Below are positions 63,430-64,000 of a stretch of 64,000 nucleotides of DNA, one piece after another; positions within the stretch are counted from its first letter, which is position 1, and each line of letters opens with the position of its first letter. The stretch is taken from positions 659,841 to 723,840 of the forward strand of contig CBDCMS010000004.1 of NCBI GenBank assembly GCA_965219005.1, in the 5' to 3' direction. The notes beneath the pieces were generated by a model. That model was not told the DNA's origin and ran no database searches. It saw only the letters and a list, made by a program, of their open reading frames with translations. This DNA comes from Acidobacteriota bacterium (lineage in GTDB: Bacteria; Acidobacteriota; UBA6911; RPQK01; JAJDTT01). A program made the translations under genes and the position numbers.

Positions 63430-64000
63430 GCTCCAGCACGCGATCTGCGATTCTCTCGCAAGTACAATCCTGTCGAAGTGATTCACCCGAATGGTGCCTT
63501 TGAGCAGTACGAGATCGCCTGAGCTCAAGTATCCTTCCAAGAAATCCGAGGCTTCTTTCGTAGTTTGAAATGCGAGAATCTTCTCGTCCCGTGGTGAAGT
63601 GCGGGATCGCAACGCTTTGTACCCCCAGCGTCCGACAAAGATGACTTTGTCAGCGGCGTCGAGCGCTGCAGCGGCAACCGACTTATACGCTTTATTGAGG
63701 GTGCCTTTGAAATCAGCAAGTGAGCCGATTACAGCGATCTTTCGTTTTGCGCGAGCATTCTTCAGAAAGCTGAGCGCGGGCTCCACGGTCGAAAGAGCGC
63801 ACTTCCAATCGTCACGTATGAAGACGACTCCACCCGGCACCTGCACCGGACTCATCCGTCCTGGATAAGGCGGGACTTCTTGAACGGCACCTACCGCTTC
63901 TTCCAATGAGACGCCCTGAGCGAGAGAAACGCCGAGTGCCGCGAGAACGGATGAAACCCAATGTGTGCCGCAGAGCTGCGTCTGTACCGGTCGGCTCCGG
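63361..64000 (-). CDS. MurF-like Mur ligase, C-terminal part (runs off the window)
   Basis: PGRM, FIRDDWK, KIAVIG.L.D, DLVLLKG. Confidence 0.75.
   Translation of the reverse strand, partial: RSRPVQTQLCGTHWVSSVLAALGVSLAQGVSLEEAVGAVQEVPPYPGRMSPVQVPGGVVFIRDDWKCALSTVEPALSFLKNARAKRKIAVIGSLADFKGTLNKAYKSVAAAALDAADKVIFVGRWGYKALRSRTSPRDEKILAFQTTKEASDFLEGYLSSGDLVLLKGTIRVNHFDRIVLARESQIACWSSTCQRHCFCSDCIFRRSPSPDK

Overview
GC-rich bacterial chromosomal window; the gene content suggests Acidobacteriota (inference). 1-5084 is the end of the spc/alpha ribosomal operon (secY 3' end, adk, map, rpmJ, rpsM, rpsK, rpsD, rpoA, rplQ; infA absent), followed by an S9 peptidase and tRNA-Asn(GTT). A decayed ~10.6 kb island sits in the tRNA 3' end (47-bp direct repeat at 7686-7732 and 18294-18340). 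It carries a truncated tyrosine integrase, a truncated IS30, a group II intron with complete ends but an RT-deleted protein, IS1595, a resolvase remnant with a res site, and a DUF4160/DUF2442 toxin-antitoxin pair bounded by its own att copies. The rest is accessory DNA: secreted hydrolases, glycosyltransferases, an M15/MpaA/Spm cluster, a DUF59-amidohydrolase-RdhA-like operon, several large orphans, many pseudogenes, IS4, ISKra4, IS110, MITEs and REP-like palindromes. Main points of interest: (1) an IS110 whose bridge-RNA guides can be read from the sequence and match both its REP target and its own donor junction; (2) an unannotated dispersed intergenic repeat in 4 copies with a compensatory hairpin change; (3) the RT-less intron abutting an IS30 end; (4) an att-bounded 822-bp TA mini-cassette; (5) monooxygenase-accessory genes coupled to an RdhA-like enzyme; (6) a 1012-aa orphan. 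All family assignments come from motif recognition, not database searches.
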